This document shows, piece by piece, positions 28,794 through 37,717 of a DNA stretch of 64,000 nt (positions within the stretch are counted from its first letter, which is position 1; each line of letters opens with the position of its first letter). The stretch is from contig CAVVNQ010000002.1 of NCBI GenBank assembly GCA_963749705.1, positions 160,001 through 224,000 on the forward strand, read 5' to 3'. The notes beneath the pieces were generated by a model that did no database searches, had not been told where the DNA came from, and saw only the letters and a program-made list of their open reading frames with translations. The position numbers and the translations under genes were made by a program. This DNA is from an uncultured Chloroflexia bacterium. Its GTDB lineage: Bacteria; Chloroflexota; Limnocylindria; Limnocylindrales; CSP1-4.

Positions 28794-30371
28794 ATGGCCA
28801 AGCGTACCGCCCCGAAACCCGACCCGGCCGATCCGGCGTCCAGGGGCCGCCGTCTCGTCATTGCCATCGACGGGCCGGCCTCGAGCGGCAAGAGCAGCGT
28901 GGGCGCCGCCGCCGCCGAGCGCCGTGGGCTTCGGTTCGTCGACACCGGGCTGCTGTACCGCGCGATCACGGCGCTGGCACTCCGCGAAGGCGTTGCGACC
29001 GACGATGCACCGGGTCTCACCGCGCTGGTCGATCGGGTCACCCTGGCCGACGACGGCTCGGGTCGGCTGACGCGGGTCCTGATGGACGGGGTCGACGCGA
29101 CCGACGCCGCGCGGACTCACGATGTCGACGCCGCGGTGTCCGCCGTGGCCATGGTTCCCGAGGTTCGCGCCGCGCTGATGCCACGCCAGCGGGCGCTGGC
29201 GGCGGACGGCGGGATCATCGTCGCCGGGCGCGACATCGGCACCGTCATCCTCCCGGATGCCGACCTCAAGCTGTTCCTCGACGCCTCGGTGGACGAGCGG
29301 GCGACGCGTCGGATCGATGAGCGCGGGCTGGATCCCGACGGCGCGGAGGCGGCGGCGGTCCGCGAGGAGCTGCGCGCGCGCGATGCCCGCGACCGGGGTC
29401 GCACGGTCGCGCCGCTTCGGGCGGCGAGCGACGCGGTGATCATCCACAGCGACGGCAACTCGCTCGCCGAGACGGTGTCCCTGGTCGATGCGGCGATCGG
29501 GGCCGCGATGGACGGGGCGCCGGATGCCGCCAGCGACGCCGGCCAGGAGGCGACGCCGGACGTCGCCGAACCCAAGGCGCCATCGGCCCCGCGTGTTGCC
29601 GCCCCGGCTCCCGTGACGTCGGTCAGGACCACCAAGAGCGGCCTGCTCGAGGTGGCGATGCGCCTCGACAACCACAAGTCCCTGCTCGTCCGCATGGTCG
29701 CCCTCGTCACCCGGATCGTGACCAGGATGTGCGCGCGGATCGAGTTCCAGGGGCTCGAGCGCGTTCCGAAGACGGGCGCGGTGATCCTGGCCGCCAACCA
29801 CATCTCGAACGCGGACCCGATGATGATCGGCGCCTGGCTGACACCTGCGCTCCGGCGGCGAAGGATCCACTGGCTGGGCAAGCAGGAGCTGTTCGACTGG
29901 CCGATCTTTGGCTGGATCTCGGCCCACGGCGGGGTGCACCCGGTCGAGCGGGGGGCCGCCGACGTGGAGGCGTTCCGGCTGGCGACGCGGATCCTCGAGG
30001 CGGGCTTCGTGCTGATGATCTTCCCCGAGGGCACGCGCAGCCCGACGGGCACGCTCCAGCACGCGAAGGACGGATTGTCGTCGCTCGCGCTCCGGACCGG
30101 CGCCGCGATCGTGCCCATCGGGATCAACAACTCCGACGCCGTGTGGCCCAAGGGCCAGAAGCTGCCCCACCCGCTGCCGCGGCGGACGATCACGGTGCGA
30201 ATCGGGGAGCCGTTCCAGGTCGCCGACCTCATCCCGCCGGGCACCGAGCGCCGGGCGGCCAAGACGGTCGCGACCAACGAGATCATGCACCGTATCGCGG
30301 CCCTGCTCGACGAGCGGCATCGGGGTGTCTACGCGGACGAACCGGGGCCCGACGCGCCGGCGGAGGCCTGA
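28794..30371 (+). CDS. cmk: fused cytidylate kinase / lysophospholipid acyltransferase (Cmk-PlsC)
   Basis: N-terminal IAIDGPASSGKS, DTGLLYR, GRDIGTV; C-terminal NHISNAD and FPEGTRS acyltransferase motifs in the same ORF. Confidence 0.9.
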   Translation: MAKRTAPKPDPADPASRGRRLVIAIDGPASSGKSSVGAAAAERRGLRFVDTGLLYRAITALALREGVATDDAPGLTALVDRVTLADDGSGRLTRVLMDGVDATDAARTHDVDAAVSAVAMVPEVRAALMPRQRALAADGGIIVAGRDIGTVILPDADLKLFLDASVDERATRRIDERGLDPDGAEAAAVREELRARDARDRGRTVAPLRAASDAVIIHSDGNSLAETVSLVDAAIGAAMDGAPDAASDAGQEATPDVAEPKAPSAPRVAAPAPVTSVRTTKSGLLEVAMRLDNHKSLLVRMVALVTRIVTRMCARIEFQGLERVPKTGAVILAANHISNADPMMIGAWLTPALRRRRIHWLGKQELFDWPIFGWISAHGGVHPVERGAADVEAFRLATRILEAGFVLMIFPEGTRSPTGTLQHAKDGLSSLALRTGAAIVPIGINNSDAVWPKGQKLPHPLPRRTITVRIGEPFQVADLIPPGTERRAAKTVATNEIMHRIAALLDERHRGVYADEPGPDAPAEA

Positions 30372-30426
30372 TCCGGGTCGAGCGAGCAGCGGCGGGATCC
30401 CCGGACGTGTGCGAACATCGAGCCGT

Positions 30427-31398
30427 ATGGGCATGGTCGAGGAAGTCCGCATCGCACGCCGCACGGGGTTCTGCTACGGCGTGCGCGAGGCGATCGACAA
30501 GGCGAAGGAGTCTGCCGCGGCGGGCAAGGCCACGCACACCCTGGGCCAGGTCGTCCACAACGAGGGCGTGATCCGCGATCTCCAGCACATCGGCGTGCGC
30601 AGCGTGGACACGCTCGATGACGTGGATCACGGTGCAGCGGTGGTCATCCGCGCCCACGGCGTCAGGCCCGAGGTCTTCGACCGTGCCAGCGCTCGCGGCC
30701 TGGAGGTCATCGACGGTACCTGCACCTGGGTGATCCAGGAGCAGCGCCAGCTCCAGGAGCTGGTCGAGGAGGGCTACACCATCGTCCTGCTCGGCACGCC
30801 CAAGCACCCGGAGGTCGCCGGCCTGCTGGGCTTTGCGCCCGACGCGATCGTGGTCGACGAGGAGGCGGACTGGGTCAAGATCCCGCGCCGCAAGCGGATG
30901 GCGCTGATCACGCAGTCCACGCAGCCGCCCTGGAAGTTCGAGAAGCTGGCCGCGTTCATGGTCGGCCGTGCGCACGAGCTCAAGATCCTCAACACCGTGT
31001 GCCCGGTCACCATCCGGCGCCAGGAGGACACCCTCGACGCGGCGCGCGACGTCGACCTGATGGTGGTCGTGGGTGGTCGCCACTCGGCGAACACCAAGGA
31101 GCTCACCCGGCTGTGCGAGATCGCCGGCACCCCGGCGATCCAGATCGAGAACGCGCGCGATCTCGACGACGCCTCGGTGTTCACCGGTGTTCGCGTCGTG
31201 GGCGTGACCGGCGGCACCTCGACCCCGATCGAGGACCTGCGCGATGTCGCGGAGCGGATCTACCTGATCGGCGGGACCGAGGACGTTCGAGCGCGGGCCG
31301 CCGCGCTCGCGACCCTGGCCCTCGACGCCGCCGCGACCCCAGCCGGCCGCACCACCTCGCTGCCGATCCGGACACCGTCGCCCGTCGGCGCGGCCTGA
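30427..31398 (+). CDS. ispH: 4-hydroxy-3-methylbut-2-enyl diphosphate reductase
   Basis: GFCYGV, VHN, IRAHGV, DGTC, HPEV, NTVC..T..RQE, HSANT, GVTGGTSTP. Confidence 0.94.
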   Translation: MGMVEEVRIARRTGFCYGVREAIDKAKESAAAGKATHTLGQVVHNEGVIRDLQHIGVRSVDTLDDVDHGAAVVIRAHGVRPEVFDRASARGLEVIDGTCTWVIQEQRQLQELVEEGYTIVLLGTPKHPEVAGLLGFAPDAIVVDEEADWVKIPRRKRMALITQSTQPPWKFEKLAAFMVGRAHELKILNTVCPVTIRRQEDTLDAARDVDLMVVVGGRHSANTKELTRLCEIAGTPAIQIENARDLDDASVFTGVRVVGVTGGTSTPIEDLRDVAERIYLIGGTEDVRARAAALATLALDAAATPAGRTTSLPIRTPSPVGAA

Positions 31399-31403
31399 CC
31401 GCC

Positions 31404-32981
31404 ATGCCCGCCCGTTCGGCCGGTCTCCCGGTCGTCGCCTTCGTCGGCCGGCCCAACGTGGGCAAGAGCACGCTGTTCAACCGCGTCGTGGGTGACGCGC
31501 GGGCGGCGATCGTCGAGGACCGGGCGCGGACCACCCGCGATCGCCTGTACGGGGATGCGGAGTGGAACGGCCGGCGGTTCGTCGTGGTCGACACGGGCGG
31601 GCTCGAGGTCGCGCCCGGCGACCCGATCGAGGAGCAGGTGCAGCTCCAGGCCCGGCTGGCGATCAGCGAGGCGGACGTGATCGTGTTCCTGGTCGATGCG
31701 ATCACCGGCCCGACACCCGGCGACGACGACGCGGCGGAGCTGCTGCGGCGGACGACGAAGCCGGTGCTGGTCGCGGCCAACAAGGCCGACAACGAGAAGC
31801 GCGAGCTCGACGCGGCGGAGTTCTACGCGATGGGCTGGGAGGACACGTTCGCGATCTCCGCCAACCACGGTCGCGGCGTCGCGGACCTGCTCGACGCCGT
31901 GGTCTGGGCGCTGCCGCCCGAGACCGAGGCCGAGGTCGAGCGCAAGGCCCGCGAGGCGGAGGCCGAGGCGTGGGCGAAGGAGATGGCCCGCGCCACGCCG
32001 TCGCCGTACGTCGTGACCGAGGCGGACGAGGCCGACGCGAACGAGGACGAGGACGAGGCCGACGCCGCCGAGCCCGGCACGACCGCCGACGTCTCGGCCC
32101 GCTGGGATGCGGCGATGGCCGCCGACGACGATGAGCCGCCCGCGATCGCGTTCGTCGGACGCCCCAACGTCGGCAAGTCGAGCCTGATCAACGCCCTGCT
32201 GGGCGAGACCCGGACCATCGTCTCCGCGGTGCCCGGGACGACGCGCGACGCCATCGACACCACCATCCCCTGGGGTCGCAGCGAGGTCGTGCTGATCGAC
32301 ACCGCCGGGATCAAGCGGCGTGGCAAGGTCGCCTCCGGGCCGGCCGCCGAGCGGTACTCGACGCTTCGGGCGCTCAAGGCCATCTCGCGGGCCGACGTCG
32401 CGGTGCTCCTGCTCGACGCCGCCGACGGGCTCACCGCGCAGGACGCGCACGTCGCGGGCTATGTCGTCGAGGAGGGTCGCGGCCTGGTGATCGCGGTCAA
32501 CAAGTGGGACATCGTCGAGGACAAGACCCACAAGAGCTTCGACGAGTTCGTCGCCAACCTGCGGCGCGAGCTGCCGTTCCTGGACTACGCGCCGATCGTT
32601 TCGATCAGCGCCAAGACCGGCCAGCGCGTCACGCGCGTCCTGGAGCTGGCGGTCGACGTGTGGGGCGAGCGGCGCAAGCGGGTCGGGACCGGCGAGCTCA
32701 ATCGCCTGATCTCCGCGGCGGTCGAGCGGACGCCGCCGGCGCTGGTCCGCGGTCGCCGGGCGAAGATCCGGTACGCGACGCAGGCGGGGGTCGCGCCGCC
32801 CACGTTCGTGCTGTTCGCGACCGATGCGGCATCGATCCATTTCTCGTACCGGCGGTACCTCGAGAACCGGCTGCGCGACGCCTACGAGTTCACGGGCACC
32901 CCGATCCGGCTGGTGTTCCGCGAGCAGATCCGCGAGAAGCTGCCCAAGAAGCGCCGCGTCGTCCGGAGCCGCCGCAGCTGA
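31404..32981 (+). CDS. der: ribosome biogenesis GTPase Der (EngA)
   Basis: Two GRPNVGKS P-loops, DTGG/DTAG, NKAD/NKWD, C-terminal KH-like YRRYLENRLR..F.GTPI. Confidence 0.96.
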   Translation: MPARSAGLPVVAFVGRPNVGKSTLFNRVVGDARAAIVEDRARTTRDRLYGDAEWNGRRFVVVDTGGLEVAPGDPIEEQVQLQARLAISEADVIVFLVDAITGPTPGDDDAAELLRRTTKPVLVAANKADNEKRELDAAEFYAMGWEDTFAISANHGRGVADLLDAVVWALPPETEAEVERKAREAEAEAWAKEMARATPSPYVVTEADEADANEDEDEADAAEPGTTADVSARWDAAMAADDDEPPAIAFVGRPNVGKSSLINALLGETRTIVSAVPGTTRDAIDTTIPWGRSEVVLIDTAGIKRRGKVASGPAAERYSTLRALKAISRADVAVLLLDAADGLTAQDAHVAGYVVEEGRGLVIAVNKWDIVEDKTHKSFDEFVANLRRELPFLDYAPIVSISAKTGQRVTRVLELAVDVWGERRKRVGTGELNRLISAAVERTPPALVRGRRAKIRYATQAGVAPPTFVLFATDAASIHFSYRRYLENRLRDAYEFTGTPIRLVFREQIREKLPKKRRVVRSRRS

Positions 32982-34075
32982 TGGGTGGGGCAGGGGAGTC
33001 CGGCGGCCCGGTCCCCGGTCCCGCGCGCGTCGCCGTCGTGGGGAGCGGCGCGTGGGGCACCACGCTGGCGGCGATCATCGCCCAGCGCGAGCCGGTGACG
33101 CTGCTGTGCCACTCCCCGGAGACGGCGGCACGGATTGTCGAGACCCGGCGGAACGAGGCGCGCGTCCCGGGCATCGACCTGCCGGACCTCGTCCAGCCCA
33201 CCGCCGATCCGTCCGCGCTGGCCGCCGCGACCGAGCTCGTGATCCTTGCCGTGCCATCGGCGCACCTGCGCGAGACGGTGACCCTGATCGCGCCGCACGT
33301 GCCGGCGAGCGCCGACCTGCTGTCCGTCGCCAAGGGGATCGAGCGTGGCACGCACCTGTCGATGACCGAGCTGATCGCGCAGGCGGGCGGCTTCGACCCG
33401 GCACGGATCGCCGCACTCTCCGGCCCCAACCTTGCCCTCGAGATCGCGCGCGGCCTGCCCGCCTCGGCCGTGATCGCGGCGCAGGACGTCGCCCTCGCGG
33501 AGCGCATCCAGGCGCGGCTCGGCCGGCGTGCGTTCCGGCTGTACGTCAACCGCGACGTCCTCGGCGTGGAGCTGTGCGGCGCGCTCAAGAACATCATCGC
33601 GATCGCGGCTGGCGCCGCCGAGGAGCTGGGCTTCGGCGACAACGGCAAGGCCGGCCTGATGACCCGTGGGCTGGCCGAGATGGCCCGGCTGGGGATCGCC
33701 GCCGGTGCAAACCCGATGACGTTCCTGGGCCTGGCGGGGATCGGCGACGTCGTCGCGACCTGTGGCTCGCCGCTGTCGCGCAACCATCGGCTGGGGGTGG
33801 AGCTCGCCCGTGGGCGGGCGTGGTCCGACATCGAGGCGAGCCTGCCGGGCGTCGCTGAGGGCGCGTACACCGTGGACGCCGCGCTCCTGCTGGCGGACAG
33901 CCTGGGCGTCGAGATGCCGATCGCGCGCGAGGTCCACAACGCGCTGTTCGAGGGCAAGAGCGTCCAGCGGTGCCTGATCGACCTGCTCGCGCGCGAGTCC
34001 AAGGACGAGCTCGCGGACTACGACCGCTGGGCGGCAAGCCTGGGCGTGGGCGCCGCTGACCGGACGGACGCCTAG
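32981..34075 (+). CDS. gpsA: NAD(P)H-dependent glycerol-3-phosphate dehydrogenase
   Basis: GSGAWGT, KGIE, LSGPNLA, GALKNIIAIAAG, GDN, GLAGIGD..TC.S.LSRN. Confidence 0.95.
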   Translation: MGGAGESGGPVPGPARVAVVGSGAWGTTLAAIIAQREPVTLLCHSPETAARIVETRRNEARVPGIDLPDLVQPTADPSALAAATELVILAVPSAHLRETVTLIAPHVPASADLLSVAKGIERGTHLSMTELIAQAGGFDPARIAALSGPNLALEIARGLPASAVIAAQDVALAERIQARLGRRAFRLYVNRDVLGVELCGALKNIIAIAAGAAEELGFGDNGKAGLMTRGLAEMARLGIAAGANPMTFLGLAGIGDVVATCGSPLSRNHRLGVELARGRAWSDIEASLPGVAEGAYTVDAALLLADSLGVEMPIAREVHNALFEGKSVQRCLIDLLARESKDELADYDRWAASLGVGAADRTDA

Positions 34076-34620
34076 CGGGACCGATCCCCGACCGACCCGC
34101 GTGCCGGCGTCCGCAGCGCGAACCGCCATCGCCGCTGCCAGCGGCCATCGACCCTGACGATGAGGTCGACGAAGCTCGCCTGCCGTGACGCGGGCAGGAG
34201 GTTCCAGGCCGGATCGTCGGCGACGTCGGCGTCCTCGGATCTCGGTCCCCAGACGACCGTCACGTGGGGATCGAACTCGAACGCACCGTCGTAGAGCGGA
34301 AACTCCGGAAAGGCCGCCGCCAGCGTCGCCTGGAGGGCCCGGAACGGGGCTTCGGGCTCGACCGCGGCGTACAGGGTGTCCGGCCAGCGTCGCCGCTCGG
34401 TCAGGCGATAGTCGAAGGCGTCGATGGGGGAGAGGATTGCCGCCAGCTTGAACCGGAGCTCCTCGTCGAGCGCATCGGGCGTCACGAACGGATACAGCAT
34501 GGTGAGGTGTGCCGGGAGCCCGCTCGCGGCCTCCTCGGTGCTCCGGCGGCGGAGGCCTTCGAGCGGTGCCGGCAGGCGCACCGGCACGACGACCGCCGTG
34601 TCCTCGCTGCCCTCGCCCAT
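34072..34620 (-). CDS. 2H phosphoesterase (2'-5' RNA ligase family)
   Basis: Two HxT motifs (AHLTMLYPF, PHVTV). Confidence 0.8.
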   Translation of the reverse strand: MGEGSEDTAVVVPVRLPAPLEGLRRRSTEEAASGLPAHLTMLYPFVTPDALDEELRFKLAAILSPIDAFDYRLTERRRWPDTLYAAVEPEAPFRALQATLAAAFPEFPLYDGAFEFDPHVTVVWGPRSEDADVADDPAWNLLPASRQASFVDLIVRVDGRWQRRWRFALRTPARGSVGDRSR

Positions 34621-34764
34621 CGGTGATGTCGCCTCCGTCCGCGATGTCGCCGAAGCCTACCCCGCGCTCGCCATGCTGCGAACACCGCCGGCGCCCACGA
34701 CCGATCACGCACGGACCACGCACCACCCGGATACCGGCCAGACGGGTGGTAGACTCCTCCCCCT

Positions 34765-34841
34765 CGGGGCGTGGCGCAGCCTGGTAGCGCACCTGAATGG
34801 GGTTCAGGAGGTCGAGCGTTCGAATCGCTCCGCCCCGACCA
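34765..34841 (+). tRNA. tRNA-Pro(GGG)
   Basis: CGGGGCG/CGCCCCG acceptor stem, anticodon arm CCTGA-ATGGGGT-TCAGG, TTCGAAT T-loop, encoded CCA; TAGACT -10 just upstream. Confidence 0.96.
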
Positions 34842-34921
34842 CTCTCCCACGCATGAAGAGGCCCTCGGAGGCGACTCGGGCCCTTCGATTCGGCGCGTTG
34901 CCCGAGCTGGTGCCGGCGCGA

Positions 34922-35791
34922 TCAGATCTCGTGGAGGATCTCGCCCCGCCGGGCCGCGTACTCGTCGTCGGTGACTACCCTGTCGCGATGCAGCGCCTCG
35001 AGATCGGCCAGGCGTTCGCGGACGGGTCGCGGCCCTGGGATCGTGGGGGCGTCAACAGGCGATGGTGCCACCGGTGCGGATCCCCCGACCTGATGACGCA
35101 TGGCATAGGTGACCGTCAACGAGCCACCGCTCGGTGACACCGCGAGGGCGATGAGCGCGATCGCCACGCCGATGACCAGGATGATGATCCCGGCCCCCGA
35201 GTCCAGGAACAGGATCCCGAACAGCGCCATGGCGCCGCCAAGGAGCGAGGCGACGAGTGCGCCCGTCCGATCGGCGGCAGCCCACGATTGCGCCGATGGA
35301 GCGTAGCCATGGCCGCTGAACGTTACCGCTTCTTCCTGGAACAGCCCCGTCGCCTCGGGCTGTGACCTGGCCTGGTACGTTCGAATCAGCGTCGCAGGTG
35401 GCTCGCCCGACCCCCAGGGCAGAACCAGCGCGGGCGACTGAGGGCGGGGCCGAGCCAGTGCGAGCGCTTCCTTGAGCCGATCGAGGTCACCAGGATCCTC
35501 CGGTTCGACCCATACCATCCCGCCGGTCGTGTACAGCGCGGCCTGCTTCGGATCGGTGGGCTCGCGGTAGTCGGCAACCGCGTACGGAACCCGAACCACC
35601 GTGAGGTCTGGCAGCCGAACCGCCAGGGAGTCAGGCTCCAGGGCCAGCTCCACGATCGACTTCTTCCTGATCTCGCGATCGATCGAGTCTGCGACTCGCC
35701 ACAACCCAAGCGATCGAGCCGACCGAGGATCGTCAGCGGGTCCTGCCAGCGGGTCTGCCCCTACGACCAATTCGACGTTCCCGTCGTCCAT
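34922..35791 (-). CDS. membrane protein with C-terminal SHOCT domain (start uncertain)
   Basis: Two TMs followed by ERLADLEALHRDRVVTDDEYAARRGEIL. Confidence 0.65.
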   Translation of the reverse strand: MDDGNVELVVGADPLAGPADDPRSARSLGLWRVADSIDREIRKKSIVELALEPDSLAVRLPDLTVVRVPYAVADYREPTDPKQAALYTTGGMVWVEPEDPGDLDRLKEALALARPRPQSPALVLPWGSGEPPATLIRTYQARSQPEATGLFQEEAVTFSGHGYAPSAQSWAAADRTGALVASLLGGAMALFGILFLDSGAGIIILVIGVAIALIALAVSPSGGSLTVTYAMRHQVGGSAPVAPSPVDAPTIPGPRPVRERLADLEALHRDRVVTDDEYAARRGEILHEI

Positions 35792-36143
35792 CGCGCCCAC
35801 CACCCTTACCGGCGCAACAATGCCCGCGCCGACAATCGGAGGATCGGGCAGCAGCGGCAAGAGCCGTTCGGCACGCGCGCGGGCAGGGCGCGGAGCCCCC
35901 GCGGGCGAACGCGCCGAGCGTCGCTGGGGCAGGTCACGCACCTCGGAACTACGGGATAAGTCGCAGGTAAGCGGCGAGGGTCACCCTCAGAGATGCCCCC
36001 GGTGACGCGCCGGGCGCCCTGTTGTCCTGGGGGAAGGGGCGCGCGCAGCGGCCGGGGGCGGCCCATCGGGACGTGGCGTGCAGGATTCTGCGACGCGGCT
36101 ACGATTGGAGATCGCCGGCCGCCGGGGAGGAGGAAAGCGTCCC

Positions 36144-36629
36144 ATGCGTCCGGTTCGGGTCATCCTGGTCAGCCTCGCGACGGCGTTCGCGATCCTGGGA
36201 GCGAGCTCGGCGTCGGTCCTCGCCTATGGCAAGGCCGACCAGCCGCTGGCACAGATCGAGCTGTCGGCCAACTGCGTCAACCGCAACTCCCCGCTGTGCG
36301 CGCCGGACGCATTCGGCCTGGGCGGGATCTGGATCTGGATCGAGGTCGACGCGGGCGGCAGCGCCGACGTCGCCGGAGCGGGATGCGGCCATGTGCCCGG
36401 CGTCGGCGGCGGCGCAGAATCCATCCGCGGCGAGGTTCCCTGGGTTGAGTTCCACGGCACGATGCAAGACCTTGCGGCCGCGTTTCCCGAGGCGCTGGCG
36501 GTCGGCGAGGACCCGGGCGGGGCCTACTACGTGTTCCCGGAGTTCGGGTTCGCCTTCCCGATGACCACCGGGCACTACGCGCTGCACCTCGACAAGGGTG
36601 TGTTCCTGCAGACGCAGGTCGCGCCCTAG
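36144..36629 (+). CDS. hypothetical secreted protein
   Basis: Strong SD GGAGGAGG, signal peptide ending ASVLA, followed by a terminator. Confidence 0.7.
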   Translation: MRPVRVILVSLATAFAILGASSASVLAYGKADQPLAQIELSANCVNRNSPLCAPDAFGLGGIWIWIEVDAGGSADVAGAGCGHVPGVGGGAESIRGEVPWVEFHGTMQDLAAAFPEALAVGEDPGGAYYVFPEFGFAFPMTTGHYALHLDKGVFLQTQVAP

Positions 36630-36643
36630 GCATCTGCAGGCCT

Positions 36644-36683
36644 GACACCCCGCCCGGCGATGACGCGGGGCGGGGTGTTTGTG
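36644..36683 (+). terminator. intrinsic terminator
   Basis: GACACCCCGCCC...GGGCGGGGTGTT stem followed by a short T-rich tail. Confidence 0.7.
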
Positions 36684-36794
36684 CAATTGCGATCTACCCG
36701 ACAATCGCGCCGTATCCACGCTTAGACTTCTGGCGCAGCCGTCCGATGCGGCGACTGGTTTCGAGCTCTACCCGGGCAACGGTGGGGAGACGCG

Positions 36795-37697
36795 ATGACG
36801 GAACCGAACGGCGGCGGCCACGCGCCCGACCCGAGCGAGGTTGACGCGAACGACGCTGCGCCGAGCTCACCTCCGCAGGATGTCCCGGCTGCGCCTCCGC
36901 CACCCGCCGTGGGGGCGCCTGGTCCCGGAACGCCTCCGCCGGCGGCCCCCCTGCCGCCACCACCGCCGGGTTCCGCGCTGCCACCACCGCCCGGGCCGGG
37001 GTTTGCGCAGCAGGCGTCGGCCGCCGCACCGGTCGCGTGGCCGGCGCCATCCGCGTCACCAACCGGGCTCGAGGTTCCCGGGGCGGTGGGCCTGCGGTTC
37101 GGCAGCACGCTGGGACGGTTCCTCGCCTGGTGGATCGACTGGATCCTGATCGTCATTGCCGCCGGGTTGGTCCTGGGCGCGATCGGAGTGGCTGCGCCCA
37201 GCTCTCGGGCGTCGACGCCGCTCCTGACGACCGTGCTCTCCCTGGGCGCCTCGTTCCTCTATTTCGTCGGGCTGTGGACCAGCTCGGGGCGGGCGACGCT
37301 CGGGATGCGACTCATGAAGCTCCAGGTCGGCACCGCGTTCGACGGCCGGACCCTGACCATCGAGCAGGCGACGCTCCGATGGGTCGCCCTCGGCATCCCG
37401 TTCCAGGCCCTCTCCCTCGTGCCCGCCCTGTCCGGCGCCGTCGCGGCGCTGCTCTTCCTGTGGTACCTGGCGCTGCTGATCAGCACCATGACCAGCCCCA
37501 CCCGGCAGGGTCTCCACGATCGAATCGCGAGCTCGGCCATCGTCCAGCCCATCGGCGCCTCGACGCCGGCGATGGCCTGTCTCATCCTGCTCATCCTGCT
37601 GCTCGCCCTGCCGATCATCGCGATCGTGGGCCTGATCGGGCTGGGCGGACAGGTGTCCACGATCCTGTCCAACGTCGGGACCTCGGTCTACCCGTGA
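36795..37697 (+). CDS. RDD family membrane protein with Pro-rich N-terminus
   Basis: RFLAWWID, ATLGMRLMKLQV, LRW, RQGLHDRIASS. Confidence 0.88.
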   Translation: MTEPNGGGHAPDPSEVDANDAAPSSPPQDVPAAPPPPAVGAPGPGTPPPAAPLPPPPPGSALPPPPGPGFAQQASAAAPVAWPAPSASPTGLEVPGAVGLRFGSTLGRFLAWWIDWILIVIAAGLVLGAIGVAAPSSRASTPLLTTVLSLGASFLYFVGLWTSSGRATLGMRLMKLQVGTAFDGRTLTIEQATLRWVALGIPFQALSLVPALSGAVAALLFLWYLALLISTMTSPTRQGLHDRIASSAIVQPIGASTPAMACLILLILLLALPIIAIVGLIGLGGQVSTILSNVGTSVYP

Positions 37698-37717
37698 CCG
37701 GCCGCTAGACTGGCCGG

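Noticed and set aside
36830-37060. CCG/CCA-rich repetitive DNA as a repeat element
   Set aside because: Explained by the Pro-rich N-terminus of the RDD protein
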